Positions 18,713-27,400 of a stretch of DNA of 64,000 nucleotides are shown piece by piece. Location: assembly GCA_965197645.1 (NCBI GenBank), contig OZ240219.1, positions 1,184,001-1,248,000 of the forward strand. Reading direction: 5' to 3'. The translations under genes were made by a program, and so were the position numbers. Position 1 is the stretch's first letter. Each line of letters opens with the position of its first letter. The notes below the pieces were generated by a model that had not been told where the DNA came from, did not search any database, and worked only from the letters and a program-made list of their open reading frames with translations. Origin of the DNA: Dehalococcoidia bacterium (lineage in GTDB: Bacteria; Chloroflexota; Dehalococcoidia; Plut-88900).

Positions 18713-19150
18713 CTATCTCTTTTTTGGTTTGGCAGGACCTCGCTGAGACTTTCGCTCGGCGCCCGCGTATTTCTCTTCGGGGAAGAGGTCCTCGCCAGGC
18801 CCGCCGCCCTCGCCTAGGGCGCTGCTAACGGCCTCTTCTCCCTCTTCCATCCTGCGAAGAAACTCTTCGCTCACGAAGAACATTCAGATGCAAAATCCGT
18901 CCCGAGCTATGTCCTCGTGGTGCCTTTCGCAAGGGCATATCTTCATGCGATCCCGGTCCGGGTCGCCCTCCACGATCATTCAGGGACAGTACCGGTATCC
19001 GTGCTTTACCTCGTTCTTCGCCAGGCCCTTCTGTACCTCGTCCACGATCTCCGGGTCCGAGTAGAACTTGTAACCGCTCTTCTGAACGTACTTTTCGGAC
19101 ATTTTGACGGCACCGGCTAAGGCTTGTTCGAAGGTCTTCTGTTTCTTCAA
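18713..19150 (-). CDS. Ferredoxin:thioredoxin reductase catalytic subunit-like protein, predicted selenoprotein with two Sec (not in ORF track)
   Basis: GGAGA SD plus TTG start; MKKQKTFEQALAGAVKMSEKYVQKSGYKFYSDPEIVDEVQKGLAKNEVKHGYRYCP(U)MIVEGDPDRDRMKICPCERHHEDIARDGFCI(U)MFFVSEEFLRRMEE...PKKR*; TGA at 18982-18980 and 18886-18884; 145 aa on read-through. Confidence 0.88.
18854..18870 (-). promoter_or_regulatory. Candidate bacterial SECIS hairpin 2
   Basis: GCGAAGA-GTT-TCTTCGC, a perfect 7-bp stem, begins 13 nt after the second in-frame UGA; the loop starts with G. Confidence 0.65.
18947..18966 (-). promoter_or_regulatory. Candidate bacterial SECIS hairpin 1
   Basis: GCGA-CCCG-GAC-CGGG-A-TCGC begins 13 nt after the first in-frame UGA; the loop starts with G. 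Confidence 0.65.
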
Positions 19151-19299
19151 TCGGCTCTCCTAGCTGGCTGTGAGGGGTCATAGTTAGTATAACATAGGAG
19201 GTTGTATCCAATCGGCTCGATAGCATGGCGTTGATGTGGAGGTTATAATCGCATCTGGCGTCCCGGCCTGCACGCCATCTTTAACAGACTAATGAAATA

Positions 19300-19455
19300 T
19301 GGGGTGTGCAGAGGGCCGAAGCCCATTTATTGGGAGTGCCTGCCGGGGGCCGGGAGTCTGAGATCCTGCCCTGAGCTCGCTTAAGGGGTGTCCCTCAGAA
19401 ATGATTTTCTGTACCCTCCTGGCTAGGAAGGGGGCCAGGGGGATGGGGTCGAAAG
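19300..19455 (+). repeat. Intergenic repeat family A, copy with 24-nt insert
   Basis: GGGGTGTGCAGAGGG..GAAGCCC...GGGAGTCTGAG[ATCCTGCCCTGAGCTCGCTTAAGG]GGTGTCCCTCAGA...AGGAAGGGGGCCAGGGGGATGG. Confidence 0.8.
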
Positions 19456-19491
19456 AGGTTTATTAGCACCTTACTGAATCATGACTGAATC

Positions 19492-20262
19492 ATGGCCAGA
19501 AACGTTATAGAACAGTTCGGCGAACATGCCGACGACTACTACCGCAGCAAGTACCATTCCCAGGGCGGCGACCTCAACAAGCTGGTCGAACTGGCGTCTC
19601 CAGAGACCCACGAGACGGCCCTGGACATGGCTACGGGCGCCGGCCATACCGCTTTCGCCGTGGCGAAGCGGGCCGGACGGGTCATAGCAAGCGACTTGAC
19701 GGCGCCGATGATCCAACGAGCACGAAAGGCCGCCCACGATGAGGGCATCACCAACGTCGAGTTCCTGCTGTGCGACGCCCACGCCATCCCCTACTCCGAC
19801 GAGACCCTGGATATCGTGACCTGCCGTGCGGCGCCCCACCACTTCAAAGACGTCCGCCTGTTTGTCAGAGAGGCGTGGCGAGTGACCAGGCCGGGAGGCC
19901 GCATGGTCGTCATCGATGGAGCGGCGCCCGAGGACCCGGGCCTGCACGAGTACCTGGACCACCTGGAGGTGGTACGAGACCCGAGTCACAACCGCCGTCT
20001 ATCCCTTTCCGAATGGAGGGACGCGTTCCGAGACGCAGGCTTCCAGCTGGACGTCAGCTATCTGGAGGACGATATCTACGACTTCGATGACTGGGTGATT
20101 CGCTCCGGCGTAACTCCGAAGACCCGCGGGCTCTTGGAAGGAATGATTATCGACGCCACCCCCGAGCAGCACCGCTACTTCCGGTTCGATATCCAGGACG
20201 GGAAGGTGATAAGCTTGCGAAACGATCGGGCGGTGGTGCTCGGGCGCAAGCCCAGACCGTAA
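19492..20262 (+). CDS. Class I SAM-dependent methyltransferase (UbiE/YafE-like)
   Basis: [29 protein letters not shown]. Confidence 0.9.
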   Translation: MARNVIEQFGEHADDYYRSKYHSQGGDLNKLVELASPETHETALDMATGAGHTAFAVAKRAGRVIASDLTAPMIQRARKAAHDEGITNVEFLLCDAHAIPYSDETLDIVTCRAAPHHFKDVRLFVREAWRVTRPGGRMVVIDGAAPEDPGLHEYLDHLEVVRDPSHNRRLSLSEWRDAFRDAGFQLDVSYLEDDIYDFDDWVIRSGVTPKTRGLLEGMIIDATPEQHRYFRFDIQDGKVISLRNDRAVVLGRKPRP

Positions 20263-20308
20263 GTGATACTGCTGTTTACCGGCACAAAAGGTGACCCTTC
20301 CCCCAGCA

Positions 20309-21124
20309 ATGAGTAACGTTCCGACTGCCATGACCATCGCCGGCTCCGACTCCGGGGCGGGGGCGGGCATCCAGGCGGACCTCAAGACCTTCGCAGCCCT
20401 GGGGGTTTACGGCACGTCGGTCATCACCGCTGTAACGGCCCAGAACACCTACTCGGTGACCGATATCCACGAGCTGCCGGTGGAGACGGTGGTTGCCCAA
20501 ATCGATGCGGTGATGGAGGACATCGGCGCCGATGCAGTCAAGACAGGCATGCTCTCCAGCCCCGAGATCATCGGCGCTGTTGCCGAACGGGTGAAGGCGT
20601 TGAGCATGCCCAACCTGGTGGTAGACCCCGTGATGGTGGCAAAGAGCGGTGATAGGTTGCTGCGGAAAGAGGCCGCAAGATCACTGATCGAGGAGCTCCT
20701 TCCCCTGGCGACAGTGGTCACGCCGAACATCCCGGAAACCGAGGCCCTGGTAGGCTATGCGGTGGAGTCGGACGCCGACGTCCAGAAAGCGGCCAGGGAC
20801 ATCGCCCGCATGGGTGCAGCCAGCGTTGTGATCAAGGGCGGGCACCGGGAGGGCCCGGTGGTCGATACCCTCTACTCCGACGGAGTCTTTAGAGAGTTCA
20901 GAGCGCCCAGGATAGAATCGAAGAACACCCACGGTACCGGTTGCACCTTCGCCTCGGCGGTGGCGGCCTACCTTGCCCGCGGCAGGTCTGTCGAGCAAGC
21001 GGTGTATCACGCCAAGGAGTACGTAACCGAGTCGATCAGATCGGCCTACTCCATCGGATCGGGCCACGGGCCAGTGCATCATTTTCACAAATTCTGGAAA
21101 GAGGCTTCCACGGCCGAGGACTGA
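20309..21124 (+). CDS. thiD: Hydroxymethylpyrimidine/phosphomethylpyrimidine kinase
   Basis: [55 protein letters not shown]. Confidence 0.96.
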   Translation: MSNVPTAMTIAGSDSGAGAGIQADLKTFAALGVYGTSVITAVTAQNTYSVTDIHELPVETVVAQIDAVMEDIGADAVKTGMLSSPEIIGAVAERVKALSMPNLVVDPVMVAKSGDRLLRKEAARSLIEELLPLATVVTPNIPETEALVGYAVESDADVQKAARDIARMGAASVVIKGGHREGPVVDTLYSDGVFREFRAPRIESKNTHGTGCTFASAVAAYLARGRSVEQAVYHAKEYVTESIRSAYSIGSGHGPVHHFHKFWKEASTAED

Positions 21125-21255
21125 GCCAACCTGAGCCTCCGTGAAACGTTCCCCTGGCACGGGCTTCGGGATGTGCCCCAGCCGCAATGCAGTCCGAGAG
21201 TTCCGTTAGACTAGGAATGAGCGGTTGGGTATAATCTAGCGGGGTGATGAAAAGT

Positions 21256-21381
21256 GGGGTGAGCGGAGGGGCGAAGCCCCTTTGCCGGGAGTCTGAGGGT
21301 GCCCCTCAGAGATTATTTCTTCCCCCCTTCCTGGCCAGGAAGGGGGCTAGGGGGATGGTCGAAAGGGTTTTCCAACCCCCT
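21256..21381 (+). repeat. Intergenic repeat family A
   Basis: GGGGTGAGCGGAGGGGCGAAGCCCCTTTGCCGGGAGTCTGAGGGTGCCCCTCAGA...CCCCCTTCCTGGCCAGGAAGGGGGCTAGGGGGATGGTCGAAAG. Confidence 0.8.
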
Positions 21382-21418
21382 GATAGACTGTCCCAGAAAC
21401 CCATGGCGGAGGCGTATC

Positions 21419-21664
21419 CTGAAGGTAAAGGCCAGGTACTTTGCGGTATACCGGGAGAAGACCGGGCGCAGGGAAGAGGACGTCGATCTGGCGGAGGACG
21501 CCACTGCGGGGGACCTGGTATGGAAGATCAAAGAACAGCACGAATCGCTGCTTCAGGACATGGGAAGCTTGGTGGTGGCCGTCAATGATGAGTATGTGCC
21601 CCTGAGCCACCCGCTCAGCGAGGGCGACGAGGTGGCCCTGATCCCCCCGGTCAGCGGAGGATGA
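21419..21664 (+). CDS. moaD: Molybdopterin synthase sulfur carrier subunit
   Basis: (M)KVKARYFA...VAVNDEYV...GDEVALIPPVSGG*; GGAGG SD six nt before a CTG at 21419. Confidence 0.9.
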   Translation: MKVKARYFAVYREKTGRREEDVDLAEDATAGDLVWKIKEQHESLLQDMGSLVVAVNDEYVPLSHPLSEGDEVALIPPVSGG

Positions 21665-21665
21665 A

Positions 21666-22094
21666 ATGATTGAGATAACCGAAATGCCTATCGTGCCCCA
21701 AGAATTCATCGACCGGGTGACGGATGCCCGGAACGGCGCCGTGCTCACCTTCATGGGTACGGTACGCCAGCTCTCCGACGGCCGGGTGATCCAGTACATG
21801 GAGTACGATGCATACAAGGAGATGGCCGAGAAGAAGCTGACCGAGATAGTCAACGAGGCCAAAGACAGATGGAGCACCGACGACATATCGGTTTCTCATC
21901 GGCACGGTAGGCTGGAGTTGACCGATATCAGCGTGATAATCGCCGTCGGCACCCCTCACAGGGCCGAGGCTTTCGAAGCCTGCCGGTACGTCATCGAGCA
22001 GATCAAGCAACGGCTGCCCATCTGGAAGAAGGAGGTGGATGCAGACGGGGCGGGTGAGTGGGTGGAAGGGCACGTTCCCGCCCACTCCCATTAG
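21666..22094 (+). CDS. moaE: Molybdopterin synthase catalytic subunit
   Basis: GAVLTFMGTVR, YDAYKEMA, HRHGRL, HRAEAFEAC, KQRLPIWKKE. Confidence 0.95.
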   Translation: MIEITEMPIVPQEFIDRVTDARNGAVLTFMGTVRQLSDGRVIQYMEYDAYKEMAEKKLTEIVNEAKDRWSTDDISVSHRHGRLELTDISVIIAVGTPHRAEAFEACRYVIEQIKQRLPIWKKEVDADGAGEWVEGHVPAHSH

Positions 22095-22178
22095 AGATTC
22101 CGCTTATCGTCCGGAGCTGCGGTGAGAGGTATTACCCGAGAATTCAACGTGTAACACATACGGCTATAATGGAGCTGC

Positions 22179-22270
22179 GGAGGGATCGCATAGTGGCCTA
22201 GTGCGGGCGCCTGCTAAGCGCTTATCCGGGGAGACTTGGATCGTGGGTTCGAATCCCACTCCCTCCGCCA
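22179..22270 (+). tRNA. tRNA-Ser(GCT)
   Basis: GGAGGGA/TCCCTCC acceptor stem, anticodon loop CT-GCT-AA, long variable arm, GTTCGAATC T-loop, encoded CCA. Confidence 0.95.
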
Positions 22271-22302
22271 CGTGATATCCTAACCAGAGAAGGTCACTAG
22301 CT

Positions 22303-22917
22303 ATGAAAACACCACTGGACTTCTCAAAGTACACCGGCAAAGCGGCGATGCTCGTCATCGATCCGCAGAACGACTTCCTCCTCCCCGACGCCCCCTATGG
22401 AGGCGGCCTGGAGGCCAAGGAGTTCATCGAGAACACCGCCGCCCTCGTAGGCAAGATGCGCAAGCGAGGTGTGCCCATCATCTTCACCAGGGAAGTGCAC
22501 CGCGCCAACTGGGTCGACATGGGCAGGGAAGGCGATGGTGAGCCGGAGCACTGCATCGATGGCACACCCGGCGTCGAGCTGGTCGATGAGTTGACCCCCG
22601 AGGACGGCGACTACGTCATCGACAAGCGCCAGTTCAGCGTCTTCTTCCAAACCGATATGCAGCATCTTCTCCGGGGCCTGGGCGCCGAACTTCTCGTACT
22701 TACCGGCGGCACCGCCGGCTGCTGTGTTCTGGCCACCTCCATCGACGCCTATCAGCACAGATATCACACCGTCACCATCGAGGACTGCGTGTTCAGCGGC
22801 GAGGGACTCCTCAACCGGGAGAATTTCAAGGACTTGTATGGCGTATACCAGTTCTTCTCCCGCCCAATGACCTCTGCCGAGTTCCTGCGCCAGCTAGAGG
22901 ACGGCCACGATGACTAG
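22303..22917 (+). CDS. Isochorismatase-family cysteine hydrolase
   Basis: AMLVIDPQNDF, HCIDGTPG, VIDKRQFSVF, GCCVLAT. Confidence 0.9.
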   Translation: MKTPLDFSKYTGKAAMLVIDPQNDFLLPDAPYGGGLEAKEFIENTAALVGKMRKRGVPIIFTREVHRANWVDMGREGDGEPEHCIDGTPGVELVDELTPEDGDYVIDKRQFSVFFQTDMQHLLRGLGAELLVLTGGTAGCCVLATSIDAYQHRYHTVTIEDCVFSGEGLLNRENFKDLYGVYQFFSRPMTSAEFLRQLEDGHDD

Positions 22918-24211
22918 CTACCACATCTGGACCATTGGGTGCCAGATGAACGAGGCCGACTCGGAACGGCTGGCCAGCGCTTTGGACCTGATAGGCTGCA
23001 CACCCACGCCCGACATCAACACCGCCGACATCATCGTCCTCAACAGTTGCGTGGTGAGGCAGGGCGTGGAGGACAAGGTGACCGGTCGCCTCGACTCCCT
23101 GAAACCGGTTAAGAGGGCCAATCCGGACGCTACCATCGCGCTGATGGGCTGCATGGTCGGTCCCAAGACCGGTACATTGGAAGAGAGATTTCCAATCGTG
23201 GACCTGTTCATGCGGCCCCAGGCCTACGGTCCTCTCCTGGACCTGGTAGCCCAGCGGGAAGGTCTGTGCCTGGACAACGCCGAGCCCCTGGTGCCTTCTC
23301 ATCCAAAGCTGAGCACCCACGTCCCGATAATCCACGGGTGCGACAAGTTCTGCACCTTCTGCATCATTCCGTACCGGCGGGGACGAGAGAGAAGCAGGCC
23401 CATCCAAGAGCTGGCCATCGAGGTGAGGGCGTTGGCCCGGCGGGGAGTCAAGGAGGTCACCCTCCTGGGCCAGAACGTCGATTCCTATGGCCATGACCTG
23501 CCCGATAGACCGGACCTGGCCGATCTGCTCACCGAGCTCAGCCGCATCGAAGACATTCTGCGGATCCGGTTTCTGACCTCCCATCCCAACGACATGAGCC
23601 AGAAGCTGATAGACGCAGTGGCCAGCCTCGACAAGGTGTGCGAGCACATCAATCTGCCCTTCCAGGCCGGTGACGACGATATCCTGAGGATCATGCGTCG
23701 GGGCTACACCTCGGACGATTACAAGGAGCTGGTGGAGAGAATTCGGGACACGATTCCCGGGGTCTCAATGAGCACCGATGTCATAGTGGGCTTCGCCAAC
23801 GAGACCGAAGAGCAGTTCCAGCACACCGTGGACATGCTGGAACAGGTGCGATTCGACAAGGTGCACATGGCGCCCTACTCGGTCAGACCCGGGACCATAG
23901 CCTTCCGCAAGATAAACGATGACCTGGAGAAGGATGAGAAGATGCGACGCCTCCACGTCCTCGAGGAGGTCCACGAGCGGATAGCCTCCGAGATCAACAG
24001 CCAGCTGGTCGGCACAACTGAAGAGGTGCTGGTGGAGGGCCGTCGGAAGGGCAAGTGGACGGGGCGCACCCGCACCAACAAGCTGGTCTTCTTCGAGGAC
24101 GAGGCTGACAGGCAAGGCCGGCTGGTCGACGTGAGAATTGACAGCTCCACGGCATGGTCGCTGCAGGGCAGCCTCGCCGGAGTTACCGTTCTATCTATGG
24201 CGGCGTCTTGA
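22910..24211 (+). CDS. miaB: tRNA (i6A37) methylthiotransferase
   Basis: TIGCQMNEADSE, LNSC, GCDKFCTFCIIPY.RG.ERSR, LLGQNVDSY, C-terminal TRAM domain (GRTRTNK). Confidence 0.95.
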   Translation: MTSYHIWTIGCQMNEADSERLASALDLIGCTPTPDINTADIIVLNSCVVRQGVEDKVTGRLDSLKPVKRANPDATIALMGCMVGPKTGTLEERFPIVDLFMRPQAYGPLLDLVAQREGLCLDNAEPLVPSHPKLSTHVPIIHGCDKFCTFCIIPYRRGRERSRPIQELAIEVRALARRGVKEVTLLGQNVDSYGHDLPDRPDLADLLTELSRIEDILRIRFLTSHPNDMSQKLIDAVASLDKVCEHINLPFQAGDDDILRIMRRGYTSDDYKELVERIRDTIPGVSMSTDVIVGFANETEEQFQHTVDMLEQVRFDKVHMAPYSVRPGTIAFRKINDDLEKDEKMRRLHVLEEVHERIASEINSQLVGTTEEVLVEGRRKGKWTGRTRTNKLVFFEDEADRQGRLVDVRIDSSTAWSLQGSLAGVTVLSMAAS

Positions 24212-24666
24212 ACAAATCGGAGAAGGCGGCCAAGTACGAAGAAGTCCTGGACTCGCTCAGGAAGGTGGGATACAGGCTCACGCCGCAGCGGGTCATGATC
24301 CTGTCCACCATCGCATCCAGTCCCGGACACGTTACCGCCGAAGAGATCCACGAAAGCGTCAAAGAGACCTACCCCTACATCGATATAGCCACCGTTTATC
24401 GTACCCTCCAGCTCCTGAAGCGGTTGCGCATCGTCGCCGAGATGGACCTCGGCAGCGGCCCCTCCCAATACGAGCTGACCAACGACGACCGGCATCATCA
24501 CATGGTCTGTCGAGAGTGCCGGGGAACCATAGACGTCGATCACCGCAAGTTCCTGGAACCGGTTAGGTCTGCGTTGCTGGATGAGTTCGGCTTCGAGGCC
24601 GACATAGATCACTTCGCCATATTCGGCCTGTGCCGGGACTGCCGGGCCCAACAGGCGCCGGCTTAG
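24208..24666 (+). CDS. Fur family transcriptional regulator
   Basis: GYRLTPQR, HVTAEEI, ATVYRTL, HHHMVCREC, GLCRDC; TTG start overlaps the miaB stop. Confidence 0.92.
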   Translation: MNKSEKAAKYEEVLDSLRKVGYRLTPQRVMILSTIASSPGHVTAEEIHESVKETYPYIDIATVYRTLQLLKRLRIVAEMDLGSGPSQYELTNDDRHHHMVCRECRGTIDVDHRKFLEPVRSALLDEFGFEADIDHFAIFGLCRDCRAQQAPA

Positions 24667-24926
24667 TGTCCGGTCACACTCCGTCCCTCCAATGTCATTC
24701 CTGGAGATGTTAGGTAATTCGCTGACAGATTGGTGTTCAATGGTAAACAGATCCGGAGGCGAAGATGCGAGACAACAGCAATGACGGCACGGAGCCGCGG
24801 GCTGATTTCGGATTACTCGCCTGAAGCCAGGGTGATAGCTCCAGCGGATGGGGGCGCCGAGGTGGTGGACATCATGGACCTGATACCGGGCAAGTATGTC
24901 CGGCCGGATGGAAGCTAGGATAGAAA

Positions 24927-25331
24927 ATGAGCGACATAGACGAAATACTGGACAGATGTAAGACGGTTGCCGTGGTCGGCCTCTCCCCTCGAGCGGACAG
25001 GGACAGCCATGGCGTGGCCCAGTACCTGCAAGAGCAGGGTTTGAGGATCATACCGGTGAACCCCACGGTGGACGAAGTGTTGGGAGAGAAGGCCTATCCC
25101 GACCTGAAGTCGATACCCGAGCCGGTGGACGTGGTCGATATCTTCCGAAAGTCGGAGGAAGCCGGTCCCATTATAGAGTCCGCCATCGAGATTGGGGCCT
25201 GGGCCGTGTGGATGCAGAAGGGGGTAGTGAACGAGGAGGGGGCGGCCAAGGCCCGCGCCGCCGGTCTAAAGGTGGTAATGGACGAGTGTATGGAGTGTGA
25301 GGTCCGCGCCCGGCGTGAGGCCGGCTCTTAG
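24927..25331 (+). CDS. CoA-binding protein (YccU-like)
   Basis: TVAVVGLS, IIPVNP, VDVVDIFR, VWMQ.G, VVMDEC. Confidence 0.92.
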   Translation: MSDIDEILDRCKTVAVVGLSPRADRDSHGVAQYLQEQGLRIIPVNPTVDEVLGEKAYPDLKSIPEPVDVVDIFRKSEEAGPIIESAIEIGAWAVWMQKGVVNEEGAAKARAAGLKVVMDECMECEVRARREAGS

Positions 25332-25792
25332 CCCCTTCGAGGTCGGTTCCGATCGGCGCTGTCCAGCCAGATGGTAACCGGGCCATCGTTGACCAGTTCC
25401 ACCTCCATGTAGGCCTGGAACCGGCCGGTTTGCACCGTCAGCCCGGTTTCCCTCATGAACCCCACGAACTCCTCTACCAGCGCCTGGGCTGCTTCCGGCG
25501 GCGCGGCCCTGACGAAGCTGGGCCTTCGGCCTTTCCGAGTATCGGCCAGCAGGGTGAACTGACTCACTACAAGAAAATCGGCCCTGATGTCCAGGGCCGA
25601 AAGATTGAGCTTATTGTCCCCATCTGCGAAGATTCGGAGGTTGGATATCTTGTCCCGTAGGTAGCTAGCGTCCTCTGTGGAGTCTTCCTGTTCTACACCC
25701 AGCAACACCACCATCCCTTGGCCGATTTCGCCGATGGTAGAGCCGTCAACCCTAACCGCCGCTCTTGTCACCCTCTGAAGAAGAGCCTTCAC
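25328..25792 (-). CDS. dtd: D-aminoacyl-tRNA deacylase
   Basis: MKALLQRV, LRIF, VSQFTL, KGRRPSF, NDGPVT. Confidence 0.96.
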   Translation of the reverse strand: MKALLQRVTRAAVRVDGSTIGEIGQGMVVLLGVEQEDSTEDASYLRDKISNLRIFADGDNKLNLSALDIRADFLVVSQFTLLADTRKGRRPSFVRAAPPEAAQALVEEFVGFMRETGLTVQTGRFQAYMEVELVNDGPVTIWLDSADRNRPRRG

Positions 25793-26081
25793 CGGTCCCT
25801 TTGCTCTCGGCCTTGGCCGCTACCTTCTCCTTGGACTTGTCCTTGGGCTTGTCTTCGGACTTTTCCTCGTCCTTGGCGCCGTTGGACGGAGCGCTAGCCT
25901 GTCCCTTTCTGTGGTCGGTGGAGTAGAACCCGGACCCCTTGAACAGGACGGGGACGGAATGGAAGACCCTGCGGGATTTGGATTGACACTGGGGGCATGC
26001 GGCCGAACCGGCTTCCTCGTAGCGCTGCCTCGTCTCGAAGTAGTGGCCGCAGCTAAGGCACCGATAATCGTATAGGGGCAT
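25752..26081 (-). CDS. FmdB family zinc-ribbon protein
   Basis: MPLYDYRCLSCGH.FE...CPQC...FKGSGFYSTD followed by a charged low-complexity tail. Confidence 0.92.
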   Translation of the reverse strand: MPLYDYRCLSCGHYFETRQRYEEAGSAACPQCQSKSRRVFHSVPVLFKGSGFYSTDHRKGQASAPSNGAKDEEKSEDKPKDKSKEKVAAKAESKGTGEGSSSEGDKSGG

Positions 26082-26102
26082 CTACTCCTCCATTTTACGT
26101 CG

Positions 26103-26129
26103 TTAGCACTCCCTGAAAGAGAGTGCCAA
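26103..26129. promoter_or_regulatory. CIRCE element (HrcA operator)
   Basis: TTAGCACTC-CCTGAAAGA-GAGTGCCAA versus consensus TTAGCACTC-N9-GAGTGCTAA (one mismatch); 21 nt upstream of the FmdB start. Confidence 0.9.
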
Positions 26130-26179
26130 CAGCCTTATGTAGTTTATCCATGAGGGGTTATCTTGTCAACCAAATTTGC

Positions 26180-26540
26180 TTGGGGGCACATCCCCCAGGC
26201 CCCCTGCCAGAGGGAAGCCCTCTGGACTCCCAGGGTTGCATCCGTTAACGCCCCACCCCAGATTGCTTCGCTCGCTTCAACCTCCACAGGACCGATTCCC
26301 CTCGCTCGCAACGACACCCACGGTTGGCCTGAATCCATACCTTCGTCATTGCGAGACCCGACGAAGTCTGGGCGTGGCAATCTAGCTAAATCCGGCCGTT
26401 CACCCGGCAGTGTTGTATCTTCCTACCGCCCTGGAATGCATTGGCAGGCTCATAGAACAAGGGGTGTGCAGAGGGGCGAAGCCCCTTCGCCGGGAGTCTG
26501 AGAGCCTACCCTCAGCCCGCCGAAGCGGTGTCCCTCAGAG
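26180..26540. repeat. Composite intergenic repeat block (several palindromic modules)
   Basis: GGGGGCACATCCCCCAGGCCCCCTGCC module, AGATTGCTTCG..CTCGCAACGAC / CGTCATTGCGAG..GTGGCAATCT pair, and a family A copy with 24-nt insert whose CTCAG supplies the stop codon of the adjacent MBL gene. Confidence 0.75.
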
Positions 26541-27371
26541 GACTTGCCAGAAGCGTTTGCCCTCCAGCCGCACAACCTTGCCAAAGCCCGGTTCCGGGAA
26601 GTGGCCGGCCGCCACCGTCAGCCCCTCCTCCTCCACCCGTTTCATCAGCGCTTCCCGGGTCTCGTGGGCCACCTGGTGGTCGATGTCGGCGCTGTTGTCC
26701 CAGGCGGTCTCGTGGACCTGCATGGGGTGGTGAGCCGCGTCGCCGAGTATCAGGCCGTTTTCTCCCTGGGAGGAGACCAGGATGCTCATATGGCCCGGCG
26801 TGTGTCCCGGGGTTGGGATGGCGGTCAACTCGTCGGTTAGGTTGTGGTCGCCGGCGACCAAATCCAGCAGGCCCATGTCCTCCAGCGGTTCTACGGGCCT
26901 GGAGTCGTAGAAGACTCCTTCGGGGTTGGATACCTGGTTGAAGAAGTTCCAATCGATGGTGCTGCACACGTACCGCGCGTTGGGGAAGGTTGGACGTGCC
27001 GGTCCGCTTCCGTTGCTCAAATTCCAGCCCACGTGATCGAAGTGCAGGTGAGTCATGAAAACGGTGTCCACTTCGTTGACGTTCAGACCCTCTTTCCGCA
27101 AGTTGTCCATCAGCAGGCCGCAGCGGCCCTGGTCTTCCGGTAGCGGGGCCGGGCCCATGCCCGTGTCTACGAACAAAGTCCGCCCGCCGGACCTGACAAG
27201 AAACGATCCCAGGTTCATGTCCATCATCGGTGCCGATTCGGGGGCGCTGCAGCCGCAGGCCCAGACCGTTTCCGGTACATCGGGGAAGGTGTCCTTGGCC
27301 GTTCCTCGCAGGTATCCGTCCGACAGTGAGACCAGAGTGACGTTGCCGATAGTTATGGTGTTGGAAGCCAT
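26535..27371 (-). CDS. MBL-fold metallo-hydrolase (AiiA/methyl-parathion hydrolase-like)
   Basis: VDTGMG, THLHFDHVG, FPNARY, TPGHTPGH, GDAAH, GHFP. Confidence 0.93.
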   Translation of the reverse strand: MASNTITIGNVTLVSLSDGYLRGTAKDTFPDVPETVWACGCSAPESAPMMDMNLGSFLVRSGGRTLFVDTGMGPAPLPEDQGRCGLLMDNLRKEGLNVNEVDTVFMTHLHFDHVGWNLSNGSGPARPTFPNARYVCSTIDWNFFNQVSNPEGVFYDSRPVEPLEDMGLLDLVAGDHNLTDELTAIPTPGHTPGHMSILVSSQGENGLILGDAAHHPMQVHETAWDNSADIDHQVAHETREALMKRVEEEGLTVAAGHFPEPGFGKVVRLEGKRFWQVL

Positions 27372-27400
27372 TTCCCTCTCTCCTTTAGAACAACTAGGAT

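Noticed and set aside
18713-19150. Genome-wide UGA reassignment (Trp or Gly) as the explanation for the in-frame TGAs
   Set aside because: Many clear genes here end in TGA at the expected position (e.g. moaD after GG, LysR, oppB), TGG is used for Trp, and the two TGAs align to Cys columns.
18825-19226. ORF-track 133-aa minus-strand ORF (MLSSRLDTT...)
   Set aside because: It is a shadow frame over the UGA-containing FTR-like gene, which has the SD and the family motifs.
20262-20309. TPP riboswitch before thiD (and Moco riboswitch before moaD)
   Set aside because: The gap before thiD is too short and lacks the conserved motif; the region before moaD is occupied by a family A repeat.
22179-22270. 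tRNA-Sec as partner of the UGA gene
   Set aside because: The anticodon is GCT and the acceptor stem is a normal 7 bp, so this is tRNA-Ser. No sel genes are visible in this window.
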